DNA of 63,834 nucleotides, counting the filler, from Lenisia limosa (Eukaryota; Protista; Breviatea): assembly GCA_001655205.1 (NCBI GenBank). It is 12 parts of 12 records of this genome, joined end to end, with 100 filler letters (N's around TTAATTAATTAA, not from the genome) between each part and the next. Parts side by side here need not be neighbours in the genome. Positions count along the whole stretch, not along the records: positions 1 to 14,918 come from LPNZ01010330.1; 11 more parts are not named here. One strand, written 5' to 3'. Position 1 is the first letter of the stretch. Each line of letters begins with the position of its first letter. The position numbers and the translations under genes were made by a program. This document shows, in pieces, positions 1 through 13,900 of this stretch. The notes under the pieces were generated by a model that saw nothing but the letters and a program-made list of their open reading frames with translations, did not search any database and was not told where the DNA came from.

Positions 1-294
1 TTATGTGCAAATGTCCACCCAGTGGTGATATGATAATATGGCCGATTTTAGTCAAAATGATGAACGAAGGTAGCACAAGGGTTAACCCCGTGTTTATCAG
101 AGTATCATTGAGACTTGTCAGTCAATTATATCATATCAAAGCGTGGAAAATGATAGTTCACACGTGTGAAAATGACAAAACACGAAATGATGATATAGTA
201 TATATATATTATAGCAATGAGAAATAAAAAATAAGGATGTATCTGGCCGAAGCCGTCCACACTATNNNNNNNNNNNNNNNNNNNNNNNNNNNNN

Positions 295-3200
295 NAGCCC
301 ACAATGTTTGCTTGGTCATCAGTTCGACTAGTCACAGAAATGAGGCAATCAAGAAGCGTACGATACCCGGAAATTGCTTGGAAATCCTCCCATAATGTTG
401 CTGTCTGCTTCAACGAAGACTGGATTGTCAAATTCAATTCCTTCCGAAAATAAAGTAAAATATGCAATAAGAGTAAGATGAACGTAGGTTTGTTTTTCAA
501 TTCCTTCACAAAACAATGAAAATGAAACCAACAAAATATGCAACTCGCAAGAGGACCTGCTTCCGAGTGGATATGAGTATCATATCACTGTGTGGAAAAT
601 TTTCTTTCACCGAAGCAATCAAATTAGTAGAACTCACCAATAAGAAGGAAAATCGGTCAAGACTTATCCCGGTCAGTGTATATATTGGTTGACCCTATCA
701 CCATAATCAAGTCCCTATATTGGATAACCTGGCTCACCACAATGAAGCCCTTTGTTGACGACACCATTGAAATGACCAGAGGAATTGGGACTGTGTCTAT
801 GCATTGCGACACTTCTCTCCACATAAACCTGAGACACCCCTGCAGTGTTAAGAGTTGCTTGGATATAATATATAGGAAAGCTATGTAATGAAGTCATTGG
901 TAGAATTTAAAATTAAAGAGTCTGAAATTGAGCTTATGTTAATATGTCTCCAAATTTCAAAGGTAATTTTCAATTAATTCCAAAGAATCATCAGTTAATA
1001 CTATTATTGAATTAGTATCAATATTTCTTCTTAGGACGGTGGCTTAGGTGAGATATGTATTTTTTTTTTAATTTCTCATTGGCATGTGTAGAGCATAAGA
1101 AATAAAACAAGGTGACATCTGATCGAGGCCCTCAACGCCATTACGCTTATTAGAGATATTGGGAAAGGTACGATACGTCTAATTATAGCTTCGACTTCAC
1201 TTCGGTTCGAAAAATACAGTAAAATATCGATAATTTTCGATGATATATCGAGAAATTCCATCTTTTTTCGAACCGAAGTGAAGCCCTAATTATAGCTTGG
1301 ATTTAAGTGTTAAACGTATTAAATATAATATGATTTAAGGGCACATCAACAAAATTCAAATGCAAACAATAATAAATCTTAATATAACCATCTGACAAAT
1401 CTTGCCCGCCCGCAAACTTTTTTGTGAAGATAGTGAACCTCTTGACTCTGTGATGCAAAATTCACGTCCTTCAATTTATGCAGCAGCTGGACTCCCCTTA
1501 AGTAATCAGTAAGGCTTCGCTTAGATCAAAAAAGCATGGTCGAATATCAATATTTATTGAGGATTTGACGAGAAATTCAGTCTTTTTTGGGACCTTAAGG
1601 AATCCCTAATCAGATTACTCAACATATTCACCACCCCCGATGACTATCCCCATCCAAAAAAGGGGTGCTTTTTGGATAAATAGGTGCTTTTTTGGAATAT
1701 CGGTGCTTCAAGGTNNNNNNNNNNNNNNNNNNNNNNNNNNNNNNNNNNNNNNNNNNNNNNNNNNNNNNNNNNNNNNNNNNNTTTATTTTTACTCATTAAA
1801 CCCAAAAAGCACCGGTTTTTAAATATCAAAATTTTCCAAGATATACGTATTGAGAATCACAAAAAGTTCTGAACTGTGTTCTGTTTTGGCCTTTTGTATT
1901 ATTTTTGTATAATATTACTTTCAAATTGCACTGTTATTATGATTAACTCCCCTCAAACATAGACAACAGAGCCATGGAAGACTTTAATGAAGCACCTAAA
2001 GTGTTAACAAACGTCCCTTTCAATTCCATAGCGTGTATTATATGCCAATGAGAAAAAAAAGGTTGTACCTGGCCGAAGCCGTCCACACCATCGCGCTTAC
2101 AGGAGATATTAGATTACTGTATAATATTAATTCACCCAATCATTTGCCTATCAACATGAATATAATAGTTATTATTAATTAAAAAACAATACATATTACC
2201 TTATAAATATGGTTCGTCATAGTTACATAACACACTTACCAGGAAGCGAAAATAGGAACAACAAGCTGTCATCTGAGTTGTAGAGCGAGGCCAGACAAGT
2301 GGGCGACATTATTGCGAGTTCCAGGCAATGGCAAATCGTAAAGAAAGGCGAGTAGGTCTCAGGAGGCTCGGGATAGGTCCCATCTTTCTCCCAGTCTAAA
2401 TGGATAAATTGTGATTCTGTCAGCGTATCAGGTTGACAATGTTCACTACCCAAAAAGATGAAACAACCCAAAGAGATATATATAATACATACATAGGGCC
2501 CTTTTCCCCAGAATTATCCAGTAATGCAGTGTGCTGCTCCTCATAATATGTAGAAATGCCAAATAAATAAGGTAGTACCTGTCCACTCCATTATATCTAA
2601 AAGGCATATTGATGATAGATAGATGATATATCAGTATTAAGAGAGATGGCCTGACCGACGCCGTCCACACCATTGAATTGGAGTAAGATATTAATAAATA
2701 ACAATACCAAAGCCCCCACCCCCAAACCCGTCATTAAGCTCCTGGGGTAGTCAACGAATAAGGAGAGACTCATGGCCAATGCACATGGTACACCCGACTC
2801 TTGGAGGGGAGACACTGCTAGTTCAAAAGACTACAACATGAGCGGACTTGGGAGTAAGGAATCACTTTGGTAACAAGAAAAGACTGAATTTCTCGATAAA
2901 TTGTCAAGAACTATCGATATTCTATCAATCTATTTGGCACGTAAGCTGAACCGAATCGTAATCGTCCAATACATGTACTGATTATAGCAGTTAAGGTGTA
3001 AATACATATTATATGATATCGGTTTGATGTCTTATGATAAGATATGATATGATATGATATGATATGATATGATATGATATGATATGATATGATATGATAT
3101 GAGATGAGATGATATGATATGAGATGATATGATATGATATTATATGACATGATATATAAATGAGAAATAAAACAAGGTTGTATCTGACTAAAGCCCTCCA

Positions 3201-4667
3201 CACCATCACGCTTTTGAAATTTTAGAAACCCCGTAACCCACCTTTTCCAACAGGATTTTGATGGAGTTGAGCAAATGATGCTCGAACGAAGCCGGCTGGT
3301 CGTCTTTTGGAGGGGCAAAGAGTGCATAGACCGCTTTCGCCCGGCCGTCTTTCATTGGTACTGTATCGTGAGCAGCAAACACCAATTGAATTGATGCTTT
3401 TTTTTTTATTCTTTTTTCCGACTAAGTGAAGCCCAAGTCACAACAACCCGAGAACAGGACACCATATCATAGTGCCTAGGGTTTCACTCCGGTACAAAAA
3501 AAACGGTTAACTTTTTGAAATATATCAATGATTTAAAACTATCGAGGAATTCTCAGTAACTATCGAAACAGATCGATAATTTATCTGGAAATTCAGTCAT
3601 TTTCTGGATCGGACAGAAGCCCGAGACGTGACTCGAACCAGCCAACCTTTCACTGATTTGATGCTTTTGACAAGAGTCACTCCAATGACAAAGGTTAGCT
3701 TCCGCACATCCGTAACACTAATGATGTAAAGCTGTATTTATTTATTTTTTTTTGAGCAAAAATATACATTAAATGAAATCTTCAAAGAGTAATAATATGA
3801 TGATTAAAATGAGAATAAGATATGCCACTAAATCACCTCCCTCAAACACTTCCGCAATTGGCGGGATATGCGCACCCTCAATGGAGAAAACCTCAACAAA
3901 GAGCGGTACTATGTCCTTCAAAATGGCCGTTTGCTCCTGACGAGATAAGATAATGCCAAGGGGGTAATGTGATTTCCAAAGGAAAATAGGTTAAGACATA
4001 TCGCTGTCACTGTATACGTGTATATTATGTAACAATGGTCCTGGAGAAAATAAAATATTAACAAGGGTTAGAGGGGGGAGTTGTGGTGGGAAAGAAAATT
4101 ACGAGATATACCTGTACATCAACGTTGCTCAGAAGAACAACTAGTCTCTGAATTAGGTCTTGAATTCCCCAAAAAAGAATAAAGCTTATCAAAGGGGTTG
4201 CCTTGTGCAAAATTTGCATTTTATATTAAAACTGAATCTTTAATTACTATTTATCAGGTGTTTACAGCCTTTCTGTCAGAAACTCCGCGATCGAATAATG
4301 CATACCTTCTCATGCCCTTTCGACTTTGAAAAGAAGTCCTGTGCTTTTGTTTTCAATTCTTGTGTTTTCCTCACATCCCTAAAGAGTCAGTGGCGGAGAG
4401 TAGGTGAGAAGAAGACTCAAATACACTCGAAAACAACCAAAATGCTCACTCCCATTTTGAGGACTGACCACCAGCCCCGGAAGTTCGTGTTGCACGTCGT
4501 TCTCGAGGGGAATGGGCGGAGCTAATCGCTGATTCAAGGGTTTCCGTCGGAGAAAGGGGTGCAGGACGATTGTAACTTATTGGACGACCTCCTAACTGGT
4601 CTGGATGCTCTTCACCATCGTCAGCATCATTGGCAGTATTATCAACAAGGGCTTTAACCCATTGCAT
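295..4667 (-). CDS. WDFY3: WDFY3/ALFY/LvsA-like BEACH-family protein, N-terminal part (multi-exon, runs off toward window start)
   Basis: Spliced exons give MQWVKALV..., DVQ|EQTAILKDIVPLFVEVF, HLLNSIKILLEK, SGVPCALAMSLSLFVDYP, LYNSDDSLL, YLHKK|GCLRF, LWEDFQAISGYRTLLDCL. These are collinear with recalled WDFY3 segments (MSVPSTLVKCLYLFFDLP, YIHEKECL, LLDDFRIWQGYNFLCDLL). GT-AG boundaries. The BEACH domain itself is not in the window. Confidence 0.72.
1194..1286. mobile_element. MITE family A copy
   Basis: cttcacttcggttcgaaaaa...ttttttcgaaccgaagtgaagccc terminal inverted repeats; about 95 bp. Confidence 0.75.
2049..2155 (+). repeat. Interspersed repeat family B+C (no TIRs)
   Basis: atgagaaa...ggttgtacctggccgaagccgtccacaccat...ttcacccaatcatttgcc; about 20 related copies in both orientations. 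Confidence 0.75.
3040..3152. repeat. (GATAT)n microsatellite in a WDFY3-like intron
   Basis: About 20 near-perfect pentamer units. Confidence 0.95.
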
Positions 4668-4970
4668 GGTGAGCCGGTCACCTTATGAAGTCCTTATTGA
4701 CTCCAGCTTCCAATTAATATTGTCATTCACTATATATTAGCGTTAACTACCACTTCTAATTACTTCTCATTTGCTTCAAAATCCAATTTCCAATTTCTGA
4801 AATGAAATGGAGATTTATATCTACCACAGACCATTCATATAAAATTCAAAACTTGAATTACTGCACAGACTCCAAAACCACTTAGTACCTAAGTAATTAC
4901 ACTGAAATTATATAGTTATATTGTGTATAGTAGAGGAATAGCGACCAATTAGCCAATTATTCTCTTTAAA

Positions 4971-7900
4971 ATGTCACCAAAGGCCTTTCTTGCTCTGCTA
5001 GGGTATGGCAACGCTGGATAATAACGTGAAAACCTTTTTAGTTAAACTATTTTAAGATCGGATCCCCCCCTCCCACCACCCACCCTCCTTCCCTTCTAAT
5101 CTGGATAAACTACCCCACTTATTGTCTAGATTGCTACTGATCTCGGTACCTTCATTTTGCTTTCAAATCACGCCTGACGGAGTTATATCTGCGCTCGTCT
5201 CCAACTCCACAGACCCCCAAAGCGCGGTTCCCAGGGTGGGCTGTTGAGACAGGTCATTATAATATCGGGCGAGAATTGCTAATATACCCGTAGTTAAAAT
5301 AAAGACCAATAAAGTTCTATTTTTTCATCAGTTTTTAAAAATAGAGTGGTCATGTTTTGACAAGTTCACCGATTGGTTTTGCTTGTCAAAAAATATATAT
5401 AAATACATGAATAAAATCTGATGACTCAGCGATAGTATTCTGGAAATAAATGTAAAGCTCTTGGCAGTATAGTGAGGGTTGAAACTGACTTACATTTGCG
5501 TATATATTACGCTAGTCTCTTATTAGAAACTTTTTTGAACCTAAAAAGGAATGGAAAATGATAAATTCGGTACTTCTCCCTCTTCATTAGAATAACAAAT
5601 CAGAATGAAATCGAGCGACTAATTACCACCACTGGATCAAAGATCGCAGTCTGCGCCTCAGCCCCACTGGCAACAAATGGCGCCACCGTGGCATGCTCCT
5701 CTTCTTTCAGCATCATGGAGGGAGGCACGTGTGAGGTTTGCCTGGCGTTTTGAGTAAGATTAACATGATGAAAGACTAGTTTTTTCACTATTTGGTTGTT
5801 CCTTGCTGCTATTTTAAAAAATTTCCACTTTTAACGTTCCAGTACTTCTGCCTTGACTACTTACCAACGGCTGTGGGCACCATCAGCTGTGACCCCTCCA
5901 CAGGCTGGAATGGACATGCCTCCTGCCTTGGTAGGTTTTTTATAGAGAATTAATACAAATAGTATAATTTATAAATCTAGTGAAACAAATCTCATATAGC
6001 TACTATACATAGGAATACCATAAACAATTTATTGACATGTAATGGTTAAACTTCAGCGGGACTGTATTTCCCGGTTACGATTATTATCCATTTGTGGTTT
6101 TTTATTTCACCTCTCTGTAATAATATTTAATGATCAGCGACATCTTGTTCTGAGCTTCGGGCCCTCGGATCAACTTCAGGACCTGTCAGCATAGGTGAAC
6201 ACACTCTGAACGGTAAGATGTTTTCTGAGAGCTATAGTGACCGGGACAAATTCCGAATATGGGACTTTATCTGTGTTTAATCTTATCAGTCCTTCTCACG
6301 GTCAGATAATACAATAAAGATAACAATAAATAGTATATTGGTACGATGGCTCGACGGGGTTGTGGGGGGGGGGGGCTTTTATTTNNNNNNNNNNNNNNNN
6401 NNNNNNNNNNNNNNNNNNNNNNNNNNNNNNNNNNNNNNNNNNNNNNNNNNNNNNNNNNNNNNNNNNNNNNNNNNNNNNNNNNNNNNNNNNNNNNNNATTA
6501 TCAACACTTAGTCACAATCACTTTTCTAATCATCATTTTCGAACTGAATATCGTTATTAAATATGTAGTGTACTGCGATGCAAATAACTACGCTCTTGTC
6601 GGTGGTGTAACTGGTACTTCCTCTGCCACAGTATGCTTTTTTGAGAGCTAGTAGTATATTTTACAGTGAATATTAAATAATAAACATGTATTATATACTG
6701 GATACTAATATAAATATATATTATATATCACATAATACATAATTATATAATACAACTATATAATTGCTTGTCTGATCATATAATACATGTTGACATGGAT
6801 ATTGAGCATTATCTTGAGTCGATATCATATTATGGATAGCTTTTGGAGAAACAACTGCTCTTCCGCATTACCTGATATCTCAACCTTCTAGGCACAGTTT
6901 TCTACTTCTGCATCTTTTATGGTAAGTGAAAACTACCGTTAACAGTTTGGATGGCTTCGGCCATATACACCCTTGTTATTTCTCATTTCTTTGTTTAATA
7001 AGTCCCTTGTTATATTCTCATTTTCATGTATCGGATACACCCTTGTTTTATTTTGAATATCTACGTCTTTATAATAAATCGAAGGTGTGGCAAAACTACG
7101 CCAGTTGATATGCTGTTTTATCATTTTATAGACTCCCAATAACCCTCCTATGCCTGACGATTACCTTGGGTTCATAGCAATGGACACTTTCCCCGCTACC
7201 AGCACTTGGAAGTGGGGGGAGGAGGGGAACCTGACTTGTTTGGTTGTATAATGGTATCAGATCAGTGAATCATTTTCAAACGTGTTTACTATCATGCGTT
7301 TCTTAGTATTAGATAACACAATGACTCATTCTCATTAGGGCTTCACTTCGGTTCCAAAACAAATGGGAAAATTTGGATAGTTTTCGAGGATTTATCCAGT
7401 CTATTTTCGAACCTAAATGAAGCCCTAATTCTCATCATTTCAGATTCGAATGTGGTCTCTCAGGAACCATCACCAACTCCTATACCTATGATGGTGAGTG
7501 TTGCGACTTGGGTTACTTATCAAATAGAGATGAGAAATAAATCAAGGTTGTATCCGGCCGAAGCCGTCAGTTATTGCATTATAATATAATTAGGGCTTCC
7601 CCCCAAAAATACTAAAATTTCCGATAAATCCTCGATAAAGATCGATATTTTAACGGTCTTTTTCGGACCGTAGGGAAGCCCGAAGTAAACAATAAGGAAT
7701 AGTTGGGATTAATTGGCATGGAAATCCCATGTAATTAGAAAGAATTCTTAAGATTTTATGAGGGGTGTAGACGGCTTCGGGTAGATGCAGCAACAGATTG
7801 AAGTTAATCTCTTACTAATCAAAAACGAGAGTTTAATTTGAGCTTCGCATTTTGCTCTTTTCAAGACTTTTTGGAACTAAAAGTGAAGCTCTGTTGTTGG

Positions 7901-10140
7901 GAAGTAAATATGATTCGTTTTCGTGAAGCAAGATGTTGAAAATGAATGTGTAAAATTATGAGAAATACAACATTTCATTGACTTCCCCAGGATTCCTTAA
8001 CTTCACGGGTGGGGTACACGGCACTTATGGCGATCCGACATGGGGAGTCATTACCAATGGAGACGCGTGTCGCGGCAACCATTACTTATGTGGAGCTTTG
8101 CCTGTGAGGGGAGTTAACTACTTGCGCTTCACTTCAGTTCGAAAAAAAGACTGAATTTCTCGATAAATCTTAAACAAACTATCTTTATTTTACAGTCTTT
8201 TTTCGAACCGAAATGAAGTCTTTGTGTTAACCATCACTTATGACCCTTTATCTGAAATGGGGGTGTGCACTGGAGACCAAAACTGGACTCTTGATGAAAG
8301 GGTTTTATCCCCAAAGTGTTCTCTTATTTTTTGGACTTGGTTGTGTGATATATGGGGCTTCACTTCGGTTTAAAAAAAAGACCAGTAAAATATCGATGGT
8401 TTTCGAGGATTTGTCGAGAAATTCAGTCTTTTTTTGAACCGAAGTGAAGCCCTAGTGATATAGAATGCAGCCTTTTGTTTCTTTGGCATTGTGATTCTTT
8501 GGTATTGATTTTGTATAGTATATTATAAATAGTTCTCTTTGATTAATTTGATTTGTTTGATTGTTATTGCGAAATCTATTCACCCAATCATAACTCCATA
8601 AATGAAACCCTATCCATCTCTAATGTAGTCGTAGGTCATATAAGGTAGAATAGATATCATACTCTGTATACAACATGATATGTTTCTTATTTTTCTCTAA
8701 TAATTGTTTCAGTGTGCATCGGCAGTCAGTGGTTTGGGTATTTGTACCGGAGAAGGAGCTGCAGGAGATTGGACAAGTCACCAGTTGGAGGGAGTGAAGG
8801 ATTATGAGAACAATTCTTGTGTAAATAATTATTGGCTTTTTTGGAGAAGTTCCTTTCTTCTTTGGTGAAGCTTGACGGACAGCTATAATTGTCAGTGTAT
8901 ATTAAAGTGATAGAAAGCGACCAGCGAATTGCATACCTTGAGCTTCAGCCTGTTTCTTCCTCTTCTTGTCCTCGAGAAGTCGCTCTTCCCAGTAGGCCGG
9001 GTCATGGGGGGCAATGTGTCGGTCGGTCCCAAGTTCAAAAGGAAGTACAACTGAAGGCTGGGTGACCTCAACAACGGAAGAGTCCCAAGGAAGAGTATCA
9101 GGATTGGAATCAAAGAATTCGATTTCAGTGTCAGTCAAAGCTTGGTGGTATTCAGCAATGTTGACCCAGGCTGCTTTTGCTCTGTCAGGATCACTACCTT
9201 TTGCCTCACGGATAAGGTCAATCAACGTGTCGGTATAGAGAGCAGAGCGACGGGTAGGGTGGAGGGGGGAGGAAAAAGCACCAGTAGGGTCGAGGAAATG
9301 GGCGGCAAGTGTCAGTGGTTTAATCTTAATGCTGGGGGGATGGAAGCTGCGTGACCTCAATTCCAGAGTTCTTGAAAGCGTTGAGTGTGTTTGTCAGCTC
9401 AGCAGCACATGACACCTCAGGAGAGGAGACTCCTTCTACAACCTGAGGAGAAATTAATATTTTATTATCTGGAATGTACAATAGGGCGATTGTTTATTGG
9501 GAAATCAATTTCCCAATTAATTGGAGCCCAAGATATTATATGTTCCTGTTTTCTCGGTATATGGCGGGGTGAAACTGTTTAACAAAAAAACATGGAAAAC
9601 CATGTATTTTCCATGTAATTTTCCTGAATCTAACTCACNNNNNNNNNNNNNNNNNNNNNNNNNNNNNNNNNNNNNNNNNNNNNNNNNAATTTTTGGGGTC
9701 GAAATGTACTCGTTTTATTACAAAAATAATGGCTGCGAGAGATTAGAACCAAGGATGATGTTGACTAGGGCGTCACTTCACAACGCAAAAGTTCGGTAAC
9801 TTTCGAAATATAATAATTTATCGAGAAATTTACTCATTCTTTGCCTCATAATATATGAGGACCTTCAAATTTCTGAAAAACAATACTTGCTCTTATTTCA
9901 TATTAATAGCTCCTCGTTTCTACAGGACCCTCAGAATTCTGATTTTTTTTTTTTTTTTTTNNNNNNNNNNNNNNTTCGAAGATTTTTTGAAATTCACTCT
10001 TTTTTTTTTCCAAAGTGAAGCTCTTCTCACCATCCAGAGCCTCATACAACAACTGGTTGACCAAAGTGGTGATTGGTTGTAACGGAAGTGGCTCACTGTC
10101 CACGGCTGCCAAGTTTAGAGTGTGGGTGTATTTAGGTTAG
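4971..10140 (+). CDS. Secreted Cys-rich protein, paralog A: signal peptide + sushi/CCP-like module + fibrinogen-related-like domain
   Basis: MSPKAFLALLG|LLLISVPSFCF signal peptide; CDPSTGWNGHASC; SCSELRALGSTSG...VYCD; FECGLSGTITNSY; last exon ASYNNWLTKVVIGCNGSG...FRVWVYLG* (TAG 10138-10140). Exon phases match paralog B. Confidence 0.75.
7338..7425. mobile_element. MITE family A copy
   Basis: ta|gggcttcacttcggttcc...cgaacctaaatgaagccc|ta. Confidence 0.75.
8355..8452. mobile_element. MITE family A copy (near consensus)
   Basis: gggcttcacttcggtttaaaaaaaagac...gtctttttttgaaccgaagtgaagccc|ta. Confidence 0.85.
8902..9360 (-). pseudogene. Possible hAT-type transposase remnant, antisense in an intron of paralog A
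   Basis: Open frame with KPLTLAAHFLDP and DPDRAKAAWVNIAEY, resembling the hAT PLHxAAyfLdP region; no ATG start, upstream frame closed by a stop. Confidence 0.35.
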
Positions 10141-10998
10141 TCGCAGCCCTTGGATTTCTTTTTGTATTGATCTACATATATATTATTTCATATGTCTGTT
10201 TCATTGTGGTAGATATGACTAAACGGTCTAAATCAGCTCTTTTTGCGATATATAGTAGTATATACTATATTGTCTACCAGCAAAAACCAAATCATGATAC
10301 GTATTACTCAGCTTAGGATATCATATTAGACACGCAGAGAGCTTTTTGCACAGAGTTGTAAGGCAAATGATTGGGTAAATTAATATTATACTTATACTCT
10401 AATACGATACAAGCTAAAACACAGAATATTACAGCTTTTGGAGAAAAGAATAACTGTCCATATGACAAGGATTCCATAGATAACAAATATTCGATTATAT
10501 CTTTTAATACATCATTCAAGATACAAAACGCGGAATAGAGAGCATCAGCTACCCAGACCAGCATTTAGCTTCGCCTTATATTAAATAGTATGTCATATCT
10601 GATTCCACCTTGAATAAATTTGGAATAGATAGCTTCGTTTCTTCGTTTTTATATGAAACAACTAATCATGTCAGGGTGCCAACCCAGAAAATTGTCACGG
10701 ATATCCGAACAAAATGTTTCGGTGATCAGTTATCTACTTTAACTAGAATTTAACGAAAACTCTAGTCAGTATGATAATCACAATATTTGCTCTCTTGCAA
10801 ACAAAAACTGTGTCTACAGTGAATAACAATCACGTTACGCTCGGTGTTGGCTCTATTTCTGGTTTATCCGAGCGTTTCTGGATTGGCACCCTGCTTTAAT
10901 AATAAGGATTCCAAATATTCCATATTATATCATATATAACAGAATTTTTCATACTATCATACATGATACAAGCTACAAAACAGAATATAGAACATTAT

Positions 10999-13900
10999 CT
11001 AGTCAAGAAGAACCCAGACTCTGAACCGCGTCGTTTCACTGTTTGAGCCGCTTCCATTGCATCCAATTATGATCTGGTTACCCCAGTTGCTCATTGACGC
11101 TCTAAGCGTGTCAATTTGCCCGTCGTCATACATGTAGTAATAGAGATGAGAAATAAAAACAGGTTGTATCTGGCCGAAGCCACACACCATCACGCTCAAA
11201 AGAGATATGATACTGTTTTAGAGTTGTCTTCACCCAATCATTTGCCCAACCCTGTGCACACAGCTTTCTACGTGCCCCCCCCCCCCCCNNNNNNNNNNNN
11301 NNNNNNNNNNNNNNNNNNNNNNNNNNNNNNNNNNNNNNNNNNNNNNNNNNNNNNNNNNNNNNNNNNNNNNNNNNNNNNNNNNNNNTAACCAAAAAACACA
11401 TCTATTTGAAAAAAGGTCTCGATATCGAGAAACCACGACAAGTCCTGACGATATTGTGCTATGTCTATAGTCAATCATTTCTGGATTTATTATGGTCGCT
11501 GTACAAAAGACTCTCCGTCTCTAACTTTTAAATCTGTTTATCTTTATTTTTCCACAAGCAACTTATAGGATTATTATTGAAGCTACTGTACAAAAGACTC
11601 ACCTTCTCAAACTTTTAAATATATTTATCTTTTAAAAAAAAAGTCGCTGTATGCAAGCCCCCAACCTGTGGCTTCCGAAACTGCTTGAAGCACCATTTCC
11701 CGTGCACATTGACAGGCCACTGTAGGAAGGACTTGTTCCACACTCAAGGGTGAAAATAAATAGGATAATAGTCCATAAAGTCAAATTTTGAACCAACAAT
11801 AAATCACTATCAATAGAAATGAGAAATAAAAGAGCTGTACCTGGCCGAAGCCGTCTACACCATCACGCTTATGATATAAAACTATAAGATATAATTATGA
11901 TACATGTGATGTATATCGAGTGTGTAGTATTATCTGAAACAATTATGATATTATTGATATGAGATGCAGTAGTATGTCCTGACACGATTGACTTAAAGCT
12001 CAATATCCGTTTCAGGACTTATCACGGTCAGTTTACACTGTCATATTGACATATCGATATAATCATAAAATTTGTAGCTTCGGCTAGACATTTCTTGTTC
12101 ACATTTCTACAAGCAATACACTTAATGATATGTTATTTGGCATAAAAAACCCCGATGACTACATTGTGTCTTCTGAGATCCCCACATACGATAGTNNNNN
12201 NNNNNNNNNNNNNNNNNNNNNNNNNNNNNNNNNNNNNTTGACAAAACTCCCCATGATGAGCTTCCGTAAGTCCCATAAGTGCCCCCAATAAAGCTGGTAT
12301 ATCCTAAGATGTTAAATAGCGATATGGTAGCTCTGTGATGTGTTTTATTATTTTTTATCCAATCAACAATCATTTGCTTGCCATATATCATAATGAGTAA
12401 TATATGATATATTATGTACATTACACATTATGATACATACATATATTATGCGAATAATATTTACGGTGTATATCATATGTAGTCATATAATGTAACCCAT
12501 TTGTATTTTACGTGTATCCCAATATTTATACACTGTCCGCAATAAGTTCTAAGATGCAATGTCAGTGTCCTGTTTCCATGATCTCAAAAATTAGGTTCAT
12601 TCCATCCCAACCACAGTTTCACTTCGGTTCGAAAAATACCGTAAAATTTCGATAATTTTCGCGGATTTATCAAGCCTTGATCCCAACAAACCACTGAAGG
12701 TATAACTGTTAGTAATGGCGCCAGAAAGACCGCACTCGAACCTACATCGTCACGATAATATAAAGAGATGACATAAAACAAGGGTAGAGCTGGCCGATAA
12801 TAGTATAGTCAAAATAAAATTTTACTAGGTCTTCCCTGAAGTCCCAAAAAGACCGTTAAAATATCAAGGGAAGTCATTGTTGGGGAATTACCTATTAAAC
12901 TTTCTAAATATAACTGTCTTGTCAACTTAACACTACCCCCCACTTCCAAGTGCTGGTAGCAGGGAAAGTTTCCATTGCTATGAACCCAAGGTAATCATCA
13001 GGCATGGGAGGATCATTGGGAGCCTATAAACGGATAAACAAGACATTGTAATAGCACTTCTTGGTCTACGGTTAAGTTAGTTATTCGAATTAATGACTTA
13101 ACATGACCTTGAGCGTGTAGGTTCTAAATAAAAGCATCATTAAGAATCTTGTTTTATCCAGACTACAAATATTGTCTCAAAACAGCGAAAGACGGCTAAC
13201 CTGGAACACCGCTGAAGTGTAGAAAGTGGGCTGAAAAAGTCAAAAAGGTTTAATTTGGGAGTTCTTAAGTTAGGATAAAAAGTAGTAATTTTTGCAGGCA
13301 TTTGCTCAAAATAAGACATAGAACATAAAAAGAAGACAAACAGCTATATCAGAGCAGCATATTAGTGTGGTATGATTCTTCTCCAAATTCAAGCAAAATC
13401 TCAATAACAATAGAAGAATCTGCACTGAAACGTGGGAAACCCTCAATACACCGAGCTGGTGGTTTGGCCTGTGATTCCGCCGATAAGTGCATAGTTATTC
13501 TCATCACAGTACACTGCATTACATAAAAAATACCTTTTGTTTCAAATGTATCTGCATCATATCAATCTATACTACTTTCTATCATATAATTATTTTTATA
13601 GCAATGAGAAATAATGTTAATTCACCCAATCATTTGCCATACAACTCAGTGCACAACTTTCTGCGTGCCTCCCCAGCATACTATAGATGAGACAAAAAAT
13701 GACGGGAAAATTATTTCAGATGCCTTACCATTCACTTGTTGATCATTGATAGATATGGAACCTGAGGTTCTGCCTTGAGCTCGCAATTCTGCACAAGATT
13801 GTGCTGAATAATGTAAAATGTAGCAAGTTTCATTTCATAAAAAAATCGAAATTTGAAGTGGGATTCTTGTAACCGTAACTGAATTTCAGACACTTTAATT

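Noticed and set aside
2911-3327. 138-aa ORF with ISYH repeats
   Set aside because: Read-through of the (GATAT)n microsatellite; the true exon is in another frame
7335-7428. TTAGGG/CCCTAA as telomeric repeats
   Set aside because: Single units formed by TA flanks plus the MITE TIR; no arrays
7338-8452. Clustered palindromic repeats as a CRISPR-like array
   Set aside because: Irregular spacing, about 95-bp units, degenerate, intronic in a eukaryotic gene, no cas genes
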